Origin: an uncultured Nitrospiraceae bacterium
GTDB taxonomy: Bacteria; Nitrospirota; Thermodesulfovibrionia; Thermodesulfovibrionales; SM23-35
Reading direction: 5' to 3'
DNA length: 64,000 nt
NCBI GenBank assembly: GCA_963727775.1
Contig: CAVSHB010000001.1
Coordinates: 352,001 to 416,000 of the forward strand
A model generated the notes under the pieces. That model searched no databases and had not been told where the DNA came from. It saw only the letters and a list, made by a program, of their open reading frames with translations. Both the position numbers and the translations under genes were made by a program. Of this stretch, positions 8,149-16,934 are shown piece after piece. Within the stretch, counting starts at the first letter, position 1, and each line of letters begins with the position of its first letter.

Positions 8149-9429
8149 TTAAAAAGCAACTTGCAAGGTGAGCTGGATTCTTTTGTCGTCCGACATGCCG
8201 GACTGCTTGTAATTCACGGTATCATAGTCAAGTAGCACCATATTCTTGTGCGGTTTATCTATGTAATATGCGACGCCGCTTATAAACCTTGCGTTCCAGT
8301 CATTTTTGATATTTGTGTTAGGGTCGAAATGGTCATATCTTCCGATCAAGCTGAATCTGTTAACGGGGTCTTTAAACATATCGTAGAGTTTCAATTCGGT
8401 AAAGAAAGAATAGCCTTTTTTCTCATTTGCATCGGCGCCGTCTTGGCGGCCTTTGCCCCAAAGATATTGACCTGTCAGGACAAAGTACTCATGCTCAAAA
8501 CTCGCGAATGCTAAATTTGTTTTCCAATCCGGCTCTGCGCTCGTATTACCTTTTCCGGTAATCCCGAAGTAGGTGAATTGAAGTCCCGGAATAATGTCGG
8601 GCAAAGGCCTCACAGTCACCCTTCCTTCGAAAACTTTGTTTTTGTTGTTCTCAGTCGCAGTATAGCCTCCGCCGTTGTACACGCCCGCCTCAATACTCCC
8701 ATAACGGCCGGGATGAGCGGAGTTTACATTCTTCTGATAGTCTTCGTCTACATATCCTCCCAAGAGGGTTTCAAAAGTCAGACCGTAGTCGGCTGAAACC
8801 AAGATGCCGTTTCTTTCGATGAACATGGTATCCTGCATGCGGTAGTAGTTTAGATTTTCTTCAAAGTCTTGCCACGGTACGGGCACTTCACCCCACTTTA
8901 GAGTAGGCTTGGTCAGAAATGCTATATCAGGGATATTAAATTGACCGTAAATGTACTTAAGCCTCAGAGTTAGAGAACCATTCATGTTGTTTGTTGAATC
9001 TTTCATGGTCGTCACATCCGAGGTTATCCGGGCCTGGAACCATGGCAAAAATTCCTTTTCCACGGTCAAATAACCGCGCTTTACAGCGAATGTGTTGAAT
9101 CTTGTATCTGCGTCGCCCGTGTGTCCTGTTTCTCCGTTCTGATAAGAAAGATACCAGAGACCTCCTATTTTGAACCCCTTGAGTGCCTTCGCAATCTTAC
9201 CGAGATCTTTCTTTTCCTCTGTTGATACTTCGGCAGCCTTCTGTTCGCCTGCCGGTTCCTTTTCCATCTCCTTCATGACCGACTTGGCCTCCTGTTCGGT
9301 CAGAATCCCTTTCTCAACAAGCTTCTTTAGGATCGGGTCCGTAATGTCCGCAGCCATCGCTGCCCCGGCCAATAGTAGCAGGCAGCATAGACTTAAAACT
9401 AAACATAAAACTGACACACCTCTCTTCAT
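8149..9429 (-). CDS. Outer-membrane porin, probably phosphate-selective (OprO/OprP-like)
   Basis: Signal peptide, 'DPILKKLVEKGILT' periplasmic N-terminus, amphipathic beta strands, C-terminal Phe ('LQVAF'); next to phoBR and carries a Pho-box-like promoter. Confidence 0.72.
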   Translation of the reverse strand: MKRGVSVLCLVLSLCCLLLLAGAAMAADITDPILKKLVEKGILTEQEAKSVMKEMEKEPAGEQKAAEVSTEEKKDLGKIAKALKGFKIGGLWYLSYQNGETGHTGDADTRFNTFAVKRGYLTVEKEFLPWFQARITSDVTTMKDSTNNMNGSLTLRLKYIYGQFNIPDIAFLTKPTLKWGEVPVPWQDFEENLNYYRMQDTMFIERNGILVSADYGLTFETLLGGYVDEDYQKNVNSAHPGRYGSIEAGVYNGGGYTATENNKNKVFEGRVTVRPLPDIIPGLQFTYFGITGKGNTSAEPDWKTNLAFASFEHEYFVLTGQYLWGKGRQDGADANEKKGYSFFTELKLYDMFKDPVNRFSLIGRYDHFDPNTNIKNDWNARFISGVAYYIDKPHKNMVLLDYDTVNYKQSGMSDDKRIQLTLQVAF

Positions 9430-9503
9430 TCTGCGTCCTCCTCTTAATAGATTTGATTGACATCTTCCACGAAGAATTACATTGCGTTATGCTATTGCAG
9501 ATT

Positions 9504-9558
9504 ACTTTACGGCGTGAATGTTACAGGAGTATTAAGGAAAGGTTAATTTTAGGTTACG
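9504..9558 (-). promoter_or_regulatory. Pho-box-like array 4 plus -10 (porin)
   Basis: CGTAAC-N5-ATTAAC-N5-CTTAAT-N5-TGTAAC-N10-TAAAGT. Confidence 0.78.
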
Positions 9559-9609
9559 CTGAAAAAAGCAGAATAATTATTAAGGTCTGTCATCAACTAC
9601 ATTCTTTAG

Positions 9610-11382
9610 TTAAACAACAGGGCATAGAATTTTGACTGTAGTTCCTGTTCCCTCGGTGCTTTCGATCTCCATTTCCCATCCCTGCGCCTTTACAAGATGT
9701 TTTACGATCGCAAGGCCGAGCCCTGTGCCTCCAAGCTCTCTTGAACGTGCTCTATCGACCCTGTAAAAGCGCTCCCCGAGACGTGAGAGATGTTTTCTGG
9801 GTATGCCCATGCCGGTATCTTCTATGGAGATCTCCACAGCGGGAGAGAGGGTCGATGAATCAATGTCTTTCTTTCCTTTTTGAACTTTTACCGTTACTCC
9901 TCCGGCTTCAGTAAATTTAATTCCGTTGTCTACAAGATTGAGGAGAATCTGAACGAGCCTGTCCCTGTCAGCCTCTAATTCTATAATGCCGGCAGGCAGC
10001 ATTTTCTTTAAAAAGAGCTTTTTTTTGTCGGCCTTATCTCTCAAGGTCGTGAAAACGCTGTCAATGATTTCATCGAGGTTCACGATTTTCTTTTCTATCT
10101 TTATATCTCCGAGTTCGATCCTTGAGAGAGCGAGGAGATCATTGACCAATGAATTCAGGCGTTCGCTGTTGTTCTTTATACTCTCAAGAAATTTAAGGGC
10201 ATTTTCCTTATCTTCTAAAGCCCCTTCAAGGAGGGTCTCTGCAAACCCTTTTATTGCTGTGATAGGCGTCCTGATCTCATGAGAAACATTGGCCACAAAA
10301 TCTTTCCTGACCTCTTCAAGTTTCCTGAGCCTTGTAATATCATGGAATGTCAGGACGATACCCGATATTTCACCTTGTAAAGCAAAGGGGGCCGCGGTGG
10401 TCAGCAGATAAAGCTCCCTGGGATAGGCGACCTCGATCTCACGGGATACCTTTTCCCCCCTTTCGGCAATGCTTTCGACTATGTCCATGAGTTCCGTTTT
10501 TCTTAAGGCCTCCAAGAGTGTTTTGCCCTCAATGCCTGAATAGTCAATCCCGAAGAGGTTGTTCAGAGCTGCGTTTCCCATAATTATCTTGCCTTTGGCA
10601 TCCGTCAGGACCAGCCCGTCCGACATATTCTTCAGTATCGCCTCCATCCGGGTTTTCTCTTCCTCGCTCTGCCGGAGCCTTAGGCCGAGATTCCGGGCCA
10701 TATCGTTTATGTTTTCCCCGAGTTCTCCCAGTTCATCTTTTCCTTTCAATAAAAGTCTTTTCCTGAAATTCCCGGCTGCCACCTCCCTGGAAAAGGCGGC
10801 AATCTCTTCAACGGATTTTGTTATCCTCCTCGTCTGTATCAAACCGAATACAACTACAACGAATGAGACCGCAAGTGACGCCACGATGATCTTCATCCTT
10901 ATGACATTCATTGCGCTATCAATATCATGGAGAGGAATGGAAAGTCTTAGAAAATATTTGTCCTGATTGTTATGGAATGTAATCGCAAGATAGAACAGGT
11001 TTCTCTGAATAGTTTTGCTGAAGCGAATGGAACTCCCGACATCGCCAATCTCGGCGTCTTTGATCTCCGGTCTGTTCAGGTGGTTCTCCATCTTCTCGGA
11101 AGGCTCGTCCGAGTCCCCCAGAACCAGGCCGGTATTGTCTATTATGGTGATCCTCGCCCCTGTTGTTTCTTTATACTTTTTGCAGAAACCATCGAGGTTT
11201 CCTTCGAAAGAAGACGGTATCTGCCCGGCTATTAAACGGGCCTGTATTAAAATACTTTTCCTAAGGTTCAGGATATAATTATTTTTAATGGAGCTCGATA
11301 GGTAGAATTCGAGTGAAATGAGAAGCAGCGCGGCTATGAGAAGATAGGCAATGAAGACCTTTCTGAACAGAACATGTTTCAT
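9610..11382 (-). CDS. phoR: Phosphate regulon sensor histidine kinase PhoR
   Basis: TM-periplasmic ('MENHLNRPEI')-TM-HAMP-PAS-HisKA 'KDFVANVSHEIRTP'-HATPase 'RFYRVDRARSRELGGTGLGLAIVKH'. Confidence 0.88.
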   Translation of the reverse strand: MKHVLFRKVFIAYLLIAALLLISLEFYLSSSIKNNYILNLRKSILIQARLIAGQIPSSFEGNLDGFCKKYKETTGARITIIDNTGLVLGDSDEPSEKMENHLNRPEIKDAEIGDVGSSIRFSKTIQRNLFYLAITFHNNQDKYFLRLSIPLHDIDSAMNVIRMKIIVASLAVSFVVVVFGLIQTRRITKSVEEIAAFSREVAAGNFRKRLLLKGKDELGELGENINDMARNLGLRLRQSEEEKTRMEAILKNMSDGLVLTDAKGKIIMGNAALNNLFGIDYSGIEGKTLLEALRKTELMDIVESIAERGEKVSREIEVAYPRELYLLTTAAPFALQGEISGIVLTFHDITRLRKLEEVRKDFVANVSHEIRTPITAIKGFAETLLEGALEDKENALKFLESIKNNSERLNSLVNDLLALSRIELGDIKIEKKIVNLDEIIDSVFTTLRDKADKKKLFLKKMLPAGIIELEADRDRLVQILLNLVDNGIKFTEAGGVTVKVQKGKKDIDSSTLSPAVEISIEDTGMGIPRKHLSRLGERFYRVDRARSRELGGTGLGLAIVKHLVKAQGWEMEIESTEGTGTTVKILCPVV

Positions 11383-11385
11383 TAT

Positions 11386-12084
11386 TTATTCATCGGTGAA
11401 TGAATAACCTATCCCCCGCATGGTCCTTATATATCTTGGATGCGCCGGGTCTTCCTCGATATTGGCCCGCAATCTCCTGATGTGCACATCCACTGTCCTC
11501 GGTTCAACATAGGCCTCATCCCTCCAGACAAAATCAAGAAGCTGGTTTCTGCTGAATACTTTCCCTCTTCTTTCAGCAAGGAAGAGCAACAGTTTAAACT
11601 CTGTCGCACTCAGCTTGATGTTCTTCCCTCCTATAGTAACGGTATACCGCTCCCTGTCTATTTCAAGCTCTCCTATTTTCAATATCTTTTCCGTTACAGG
11701 TTTTTCTCTTGTTCTTCTCAGAACGGCCTTGACCCTTGCAACAAGCTCTCTCGGGCTAAAAGGCTTGCCCATGTAATCGTCTGCTCCCATTTCGAGTCCG
11801 AGTACTTTGTCCACTTCTTCTCCCTTTGCGGTGAGCATAATAACAGGCAGTCCGGCAGTCTTAGGATCGTTCCTCAATATGCGGCAGAGATCAATCCCCT
11901 GGATCCCGGGCAGCATGAGGTCCAGCACAATTAGGTCGTATTTCCCTTTTCTTATCTTTGATAGGGCTGATTCTCCATCCGGGGATGAATCAACTGTGAA
12001 ACCTTCTTTTTTTAAATTATAGGAGACAAGCTCTACAAGATCGGCCTCATCGTCAACGATAAGGATATGTTTAGGTAAATCCAT
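11386..12084 (-). CDS. phoB: Phosphate regulon response regulator PhoB/PhoP (OmpR family)
   Basis: REC plus winged helix 'RTVDVHIRRLR', 'GLEMGADDY'; upstream of phoR; start at MDLPKH (12084). Confidence 0.88.
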   Translation of the reverse strand: MDLPKHILIVDDEADLVELVSYNLKKEGFTVDSSPDGESALSKIRKGKYDLIVLDLMLPGIQGIDLCRILRNDPKTAGLPVIMLTAKGEEVDKVLGLEMGADDYMGKPFSPRELVARVKAVLRRTREKPVTEKILKIGELEIDRERYTVTIGGKNIKLSATEFKLLLFLAERRGKVFSRNQLLDFVWRDEAYVEPRTVDVHIRRLRANIEEDPAHPRYIRTMRGIGYSFTDE

Positions 12085-12208
12085 GCTATATTTATAGCAT
12101 ATTGACATTTTGTGCGCAATCATTTCGGCAGGCTGTAATTATGGTATATACTTAAAGGGTCTTATTATGAGACTGTTAATATCAAAATGACGAAGGCAGC
12201 GGTGTATA

Positions 12209-13438
12209 GTGGAAGAGATTAAAAAACTTTCGGGGATCAAAGAGATTGCCGAGACAGCCGAACTTCTGTTGGCCTCCAGGGGAGAATATCAAAAGACAAT
12301 AAACATCATTGTCGAAAGCGCCATAAGAATATCCGGCGCGGACAGAAGCTGCCTGATAATAGGGAACAAGAAAGATGAGCTTGTAATTAAAGCAGGTTGC
12401 CCGCAACATTGTCATGGGATTGATGAAAAAGTCACTCCTGAGACAGGAGAAAAGTTTTTAAGACAGGTGATGAGCGCTGAATCTGTCGTTTTGGTCACGA
12501 ACCCCTGCGAGGACCGCCGCGTTGCTTATATGAGAGACCTCGCGACAGCCTGTAATGTTTCTTCAATATTGTTTTTGCCCCTGTCTTCTGAAGGCGAGCC
12601 GATAGGAGTTCTGGTTTTTGATTGGGTCGGCGGGAAAAAGATATCCAAAGATATTATTGAGAACATAAAACTTTTAGGCCGCCTGGCCTCAACCGCAATA
12701 GGCATGGAATATAAAGGCCGTAAGGAGCAGGAGAGAATATTGCAAGATGAAAAATTGCGCGTACTCGGCGAACACTCCTCACAGGTCGCGCATATAATTC
12801 GAAACAGTCTGCTGATAATAGGGGGATATTCAGGAAGATTGCTGAAATATTTATCAAAAGAGTCGAAATATGGAAAATCCAAATTCGACGGCGAGTTCAT
12901 CGAGACATTGACGGACAGTGCCGAAATAATCGACAATGAATCAAAGAAACTTGAAAGGATAATTAACGATATTTTAACTTTTACGAGTTTTAAAGAGCCT
13001 GTCCTGGGGTCCTATGATATTAACAGGTTCATCGAGGAAGAGTTGGCGCGGACAGTTATGGACGGGCCTAAACCGGTGATGAAACTGAGTAAGCGTTTGG
13101 ACGGGATGCATACTGCTTTTGATAAGAATATGCTCTCGATATGCATCGCTGACCTTATTCGTTATGTTGCAGGGGTCTCGGCTTCAAAAATTCTGGTAAA
13201 AACCAAACTGAAACCAAAACAGAAAGAGATAGTGATCTCTGTCATTCACAACGGAAAACAAATTCACCCTTATATGAGAAAAGATATATTTTCTCCGTTT
13301 GTTACATCGGAGATAAACGGTACCGGGCTGGGTTTGGCGAATGTCCAGTCTATTATCAGGAGCCATGGCGGGGACATTTCTGTTTTAAGCGGAGAGCTGA
13401 CGGAGTTCAGGATTACCCTTCCTCTAATAAAAATTTGA
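12209..13438 (+). CDS. GAF-domain histidine kinase-like protein with degenerate catalytic motifs
   Basis: N-terminal GAF; H-box 'AHIIRNSL'; G2 'GTGLGL' intact, but N-box reads 'DLIRYV' and G1 reads 'HNGKQI'. Confidence 0.75.
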   Translation: MEEIKKLSGIKEIAETAELLLASRGEYQKTINIIVESAIRISGADRSCLIIGNKKDELVIKAGCPQHCHGIDEKVTPETGEKFLRQVMSAESVVLVTNPCEDRRVAYMRDLATACNVSSILFLPLSSEGEPIGVLVFDWVGGKKISKDIIENIKLLGRLASTAIGMEYKGRKEQERILQDEKLRVLGEHSSQVAHIIRNSLLIIGGYSGRLLKYLSKESKYGKSKFDGEFIETLTDSAEIIDNESKKLERIINDILTFTSFKEPVLGSYDINRFIEEELARTVMDGPKPVMKLSKRLDGMHTAFDKNMLSICIADLIRYVAGVSASKILVKTKLKPKQKEIVISVIHNGKQIHPYMRKDIFSPFVTSEINGTGLGLANVQSIIRSHGGDISVLSGELTEFRITLPLIKI

Positions 13439-13591
13439 CGTCGAAATTTATGGGTGCCGGGAGATACAGTATTTGCGCTCATTCTCGGGCTTTGCCCTCC
13501 GATTGAGCCGCCATAAAAATTCACTTGTTGACTTTTATTAACAGAATGTGTCATCATTAACATTGAAGTTTCAGAAGTTTTTGTAAAGATG

Positions 13592-13625
13592 AGGCCACAA
13601 AGACTTTTAGCTTTGTGGCCTTTTT
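13592..13625 (+). promoter_or_regulatory. Terminator-like hairpin in the csp 5' leader
   Basis: AGGCCACAAAG-N8-CTTTGTGGCCT plus T-tract, lying between a promoter-like TTGACT-N18-CATCAT (13528-13557) and the csp RBS. Confidence 0.55.
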
Positions 13626-13672
13626 ATTGTGGCTATTCTGAGATTTTAGTTTATAAGTAAGGAGGGGAAAAG

Positions 13673-13873
13673 ATGTCAAAAGGAACGGTAAAGTGGTTTA
13701 ACGAATCCAAGGGTTTTGGCTTTATCACAAGAGAAGACGGCAGCGACGTGTTTGTCCACTATTCTTCGATCCAGGGCAACGGATTTAAATCCCTTGTCGA
13801 AGGTGATTCCGTCAGCTTTGATACTGAAAACGGCCCAAAAGGTCTTAAAGCTATCAACGTAACAAAAGAATAA
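13673..13873 (+). CDS. Cold-shock protein (CspA family)
   Basis: '[15 protein letters not shown]', 'DVFVHYSSI'; RBS AAGGAGG. Confidence 0.97.
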   Translation: MSKGTVKWFNESKGFGFITREDGSDVFVHYSSIQGNGFKSLVEGDSVSFDTENGPKGLKAINVTKE

Positions 13874-13882
13874 TCGACCGCT

Positions 13883-13915
13883 AAAAGTCCCCCTAATAAT
13901 TAGGGGGACTTTTTT
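13883..13915 (+). terminator. Intrinsic terminator after csp
   Basis: AAAAGTCCCCCTAA..TTAGGGGGACTTTTTT. Confidence 0.85.
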
Positions 13916-13953
13916 ATTGTGCGCCCGGCAGGACGCAGACCCTTGGAGGTGAA

Positions 13954-14331
13954 ATGGTACACAGACAGAATTATGTGGAAAACATGGAGCAGAACAAACA
14001 GCGCAAACTCGCAGCCGGTTTAATCTCTGAATGTTTCCCAAAAGTCTCGGACATAGTCATTCATATGACATACTACCAGAAAGCTGCAAATCCGGTCATG
14101 ATGAACCGGATCATTAATTTCTGGCCTTCACAATACGCTTACTTTAATATGGATTGCATGATAAAAGGCTGCGTTGACGGCGGGTTTGATCTTACTTCAG
14201 TGATTGCTAAAATGATCAAAAACCGCAAAAAGTCTGAAAAGGGAAAACTTACCTGTAACGGCAAAAGCGATACCCTGTCTTCAGACCATGCAAGCGTTAC
14301 ATATCAGATTAACGTAAAGTACAGCGGCTGA
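13954..14331 (+). CDS. Hypothetical protein, possible metal-binding (CxxxxC..C..H)
   Basis: RBS GGAGGTGA before ATG; 'DCMIKGCVDGGFDL...LTC...DH'. Confidence 0.65.
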   Translation: MVHRQNYVENMEQNKQRKLAAGLISECFPKVSDIVIHMTYYQKAANPVMMNRIINFWPSQYAYFNMDCMIKGCVDGGFDLTSVIAKMIKNRKKSEKGKLTCNGKSDTLSSDHASVTYQINVKYSG

Positions 14332-14385
14332 ATAAATAGCACTTCCCGCAATAAAACCCTGCTGATTCTTCAGAAATAAGCTGCT

Positions 14386-15174
14386 TTACACGGCGACGCA
14401 GGTTAATATCCTGTAATGCAGATAAGCGCAGAAACCATCCCTCGTGAGCATGAAAATGTCTTCCTTTTCTCCGAAGCATTTCACCAGTTCATCGCGCATT
14501 TCTGAAAGGCGGCGTTTACCGAGCCCGTAACGCTTTCCCAAATCCTGTGATGTCAGCGGCAACGCAGGCGCAGGGACGATTGATTTTATACTCCATCCCG
14601 CTTTCTTCAGACATCTGCAAAGGTATTCAGCGGTAGGATACCATTTATCTGTCCCCATATAATCATAGAGCCTGTTCAGACTACGGGCATCTCCGTCGTT
14701 TTTGAAGCAGGCCGTTTGATGTACAAAAAACTCACCCCTTTTCATTTGAAAACGCAGATGCCGCAAGGCAGGCATAAGGCCATCCTTCCCGTGATAATGG
14801 AGAGCGGAGCGCATCATAAAAAGAAAACGCCTGTCCTGCATTCCGGTATCTTCGCGTCTGAATGCATCGACCGCTTTATTGATCGGCACGATGCGGTCAT
14901 GCTGCGATATGTCGAGTTGTTTTTGCGACATGTCGAGATTCACGAGATGTATCCCGGAGTCTATTCTCCGCTTAATCAGCTCGCGGAGCAGGAAGCCGGT
15001 ACCCCCACCGATATCTACGACGACCCCGGGTCTTGATATATCGATAACTTTCAGCAGCACATCAATAAAAGGGGCTGCGACCGACGGGTCGGAAAAGTAC
15101 CCGCCGTGCATTATATGCCACCGAGAACCATGTATCCCAAATTCCTTACTGATCCGGTCATGTATTTTGGTCAT
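14386..15174 (-). CDS. Class I SAM-dependent methyltransferase
   Basis: 'VVDIGGGTGFL' motif I, 'NLDMS' motif II. Confidence 0.8.
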   Translation of the reverse strand: MTKIHDRISKEFGIHGSRWHIMHGGYFSDPSVAAPFIDVLLKVIDISRPGVVVDIGGGTGFLLRELIKRRIDSGIHLVNLDMSQKQLDISQHDRIVPINKAVDAFRREDTGMQDRRFLFMMRSALHYHGKDGLMPALRHLRFQMKRGEFFVHQTACFKNDGDARSLNRLYDYMGTDKWYPTAEYLCRCLKKAGWSIKSIVPAPALPLTSQDLGKRYGLGKRRLSEMRDELVKCFGEKEDIFMLTRDGFCAYLHYRILTCVAV

Positions 15175-15205
15175 ATGAAATATCGAAGCCTCATTCCTAT
15201 ATTAA

Positions 15206-16825
15206 CCCGAAAAATGCGTTTGCTATAGGCATACCTATAGAGTCAAGCCTATCAAGGCATTGGCTGATTTGTCGATATAAAAGCTAATACTGATGCTGTT
15301 TCTTGTTCCACCTCCTGAAAATTATGTTCTTTTTATCTAAATGCAGTGCAATTACCAAAACTGGGGGGAAAGTATTGTCCCACGCGGTTAAAGAGGTAGC
15401 GCAGTTTTGATCGTACTTTCTGCGTAAAGACAGAAATCCGCAATACAGGTTTCCTTCCATCCCATCCTAATTGGGCTGGAAGGACAAGATACTTGTACCG
15501 TAAGGTTTTCAAACGTTCTGTCTTTTCTTTTTGACCGAGTATCTGATGCCTGAACAGGACAAACAGATTGTAGATGAATACCCGAATAAGCATAGCCGCC
15601 TCCGTTGAGTAGAAATACTTCATCGAGAACCCGCCGAGTGCAAAATCCTCTTTCAGTTCCTTGATGGTATTCTCATCGTTCGCCCTATGCCTGCATTGCT
15701 TCCATACCTCATATGTAGAATCATGTGAATTGGTTATCCATACGCTATAACGATAATGCCCTGTATCAAACTCATCTCCGAAAAGAGACAACTCTTTTCC
15801 CATCGCGTGCGGTCTCTTCTTGACATCCTGGCGCACTGCAATAAACCTCCTGTCGATTATCCACTCTACATGCTGGAAGAAGAACTCAGTGATCCATATC
15901 CCTTCTTCTACCTGTGCCCAGTTTTGTTGTGCGTAGATTATCCTCTGCAGCGGACGATATAGGCGAGCAGCTATGATATATACTAATTCTCTCTTCTCAA
16001 GCAGTTCGATGAACTCCCTAAGATAAAATCCACTGTCTGCAATAATGCCCTTGATATCGATATGACCGTTGATCCTCTGCCATGTGGATTCAAAAAATCC
16101 AATAATGTTGTTCCATGACATCACGTTGCCGGGGCGGTTCCAAAGATTTATCACATACTTGTTTCTGTTAAGAAATGCCAGAAGCGGGCTGTGGCTACCA
16201 CGGCCCTTCTTCTTCGGGTTATATCCCCTCTTGACTCCCTCCTGTTTTCCGTATCGCTCAAGGACTGTAGAATCGAACGTCAACCAGTCCTCTTTGAGCT
16301 CTTTCCAGGGGATCAATCTCTTCAAGTATCCCCATAATCCCTCCGACATCTCTTCCACTTCCTTCAGTTTTCTGATCTTCCTGAAAAGCCTGCCCAATGT
16401 CGTCGAGGCGATAGGAAGCCTCTTCACTGCAAAAAGATCGGTGAAAATCTCCTGCCAACCAAGATAAAGTAGATGAGAAAACCTGCTGCCTCCCGCATAG
16501 ATCAGAAGGATGTATGCCAATACCTTGCTGTATATCCCCATTCCATTGGGTGAACTCTCATGGATCGGAATCACCTCTTGCAAAATTCCTCTCAATTTGA
16601 TCTTTTCAAAAAATGCAGCCAATAAACTGAATCCCCCATATGCCGTCATCTTCTTCTCCGTAAATCCAATCCTTACTTTATTTATTTCGATCTTTGTGCT
16701 ACATTTTGACTGCATATTTCTATTCTCCTTTCGTTTAGAGTTGATGGTCGGGTAAACCTATTGATTCTAATACGAAAGGAGAATTTCTTCGGGGATATTA
16801 TTTTAGGTCAACTGCACTTTTTGGG
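15206..16825 (-). mobile_element. Complete IS1380-family insertion sequence (1620 bp)
   Basis: Imperfect TIRs CCCGAAAAATGCGTTTG (15206-) and CCCAAAAAGTGCAGTTG (reverse complement, ending 16825), 13/17 identical; flanking TTAA direct repeat at 15202-15205 and 16826-16829. Confidence 0.85.
15333..16715 (-). CDS. IS1380-family DDE transposase
   Basis: 'TAYGG', 'TFDSTV', 'GYNPKKKG..SHSPLLAF', 'ADSGFY', 'RANDENTIKELK.DF'. Confidence 0.92.
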   Translation of the reverse strand: MQSKCSTKIEINKVRIGFTEKKMTAYGGFSLLAAFFEKIKLRGILQEVIPIHESSPNGMGIYSKVLAYILLIYAGGSRFSHLLYLGWQEIFTDLFAVKRLPIASTTLGRLFRKIRKLKEVEEMSEGLWGYLKRLIPWKELKEDWLTFDSTVLERYGKQEGVKRGYNPKKKGRGSHSPLLAFLNRNKYVINLWNRPGNVMSWNNIIGFFESTWQRINGHIDIKGIIADSGFYLREFIELLEKRELVYIIAARLYRPLQRIIYAQQNWAQVEEGIWITEFFFQHVEWIIDRRFIAVRQDVKKRPHAMGKELSLFGDEFDTGHYRYSVWITNSHDSTYEVWKQCRHRANDENTIKELKEDFALGGFSMKYFYSTEAAMLIRVFIYNLFVLFRHQILGQKEKTERLKTLRYKYLVLPAQLGWDGRKPVLRISVFTQKVRSKLRYLFNRVGQYFPPSFGNCTAFR

Positions 16826-16934
16826 TTAATGCATTTCATCATAGAAAAAAATAAAAGAGGCTATGGTGATTAGAGGCCTAGTGTCAAATAGGATTATTGG
16901 GGTGGTAGCTGTGAGCTGTCAATATAAAAACTTT

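Noticed and set aside
12083..12180. Pho box upstream of phoB (autoregulation)
   Set aside because: Only an isolated TGTAAT on the other strand and an 8-bp palindrome (ATGCTATA-TT-TATAGCAT); no 11-bp-periodic array
15333..15356. Alternative inner right IR at the transposase stop
   Set aside because: Only a partial match (AGTGCA.TT); the outer end at 15206 matches better and is flanked by the TTAA duplication
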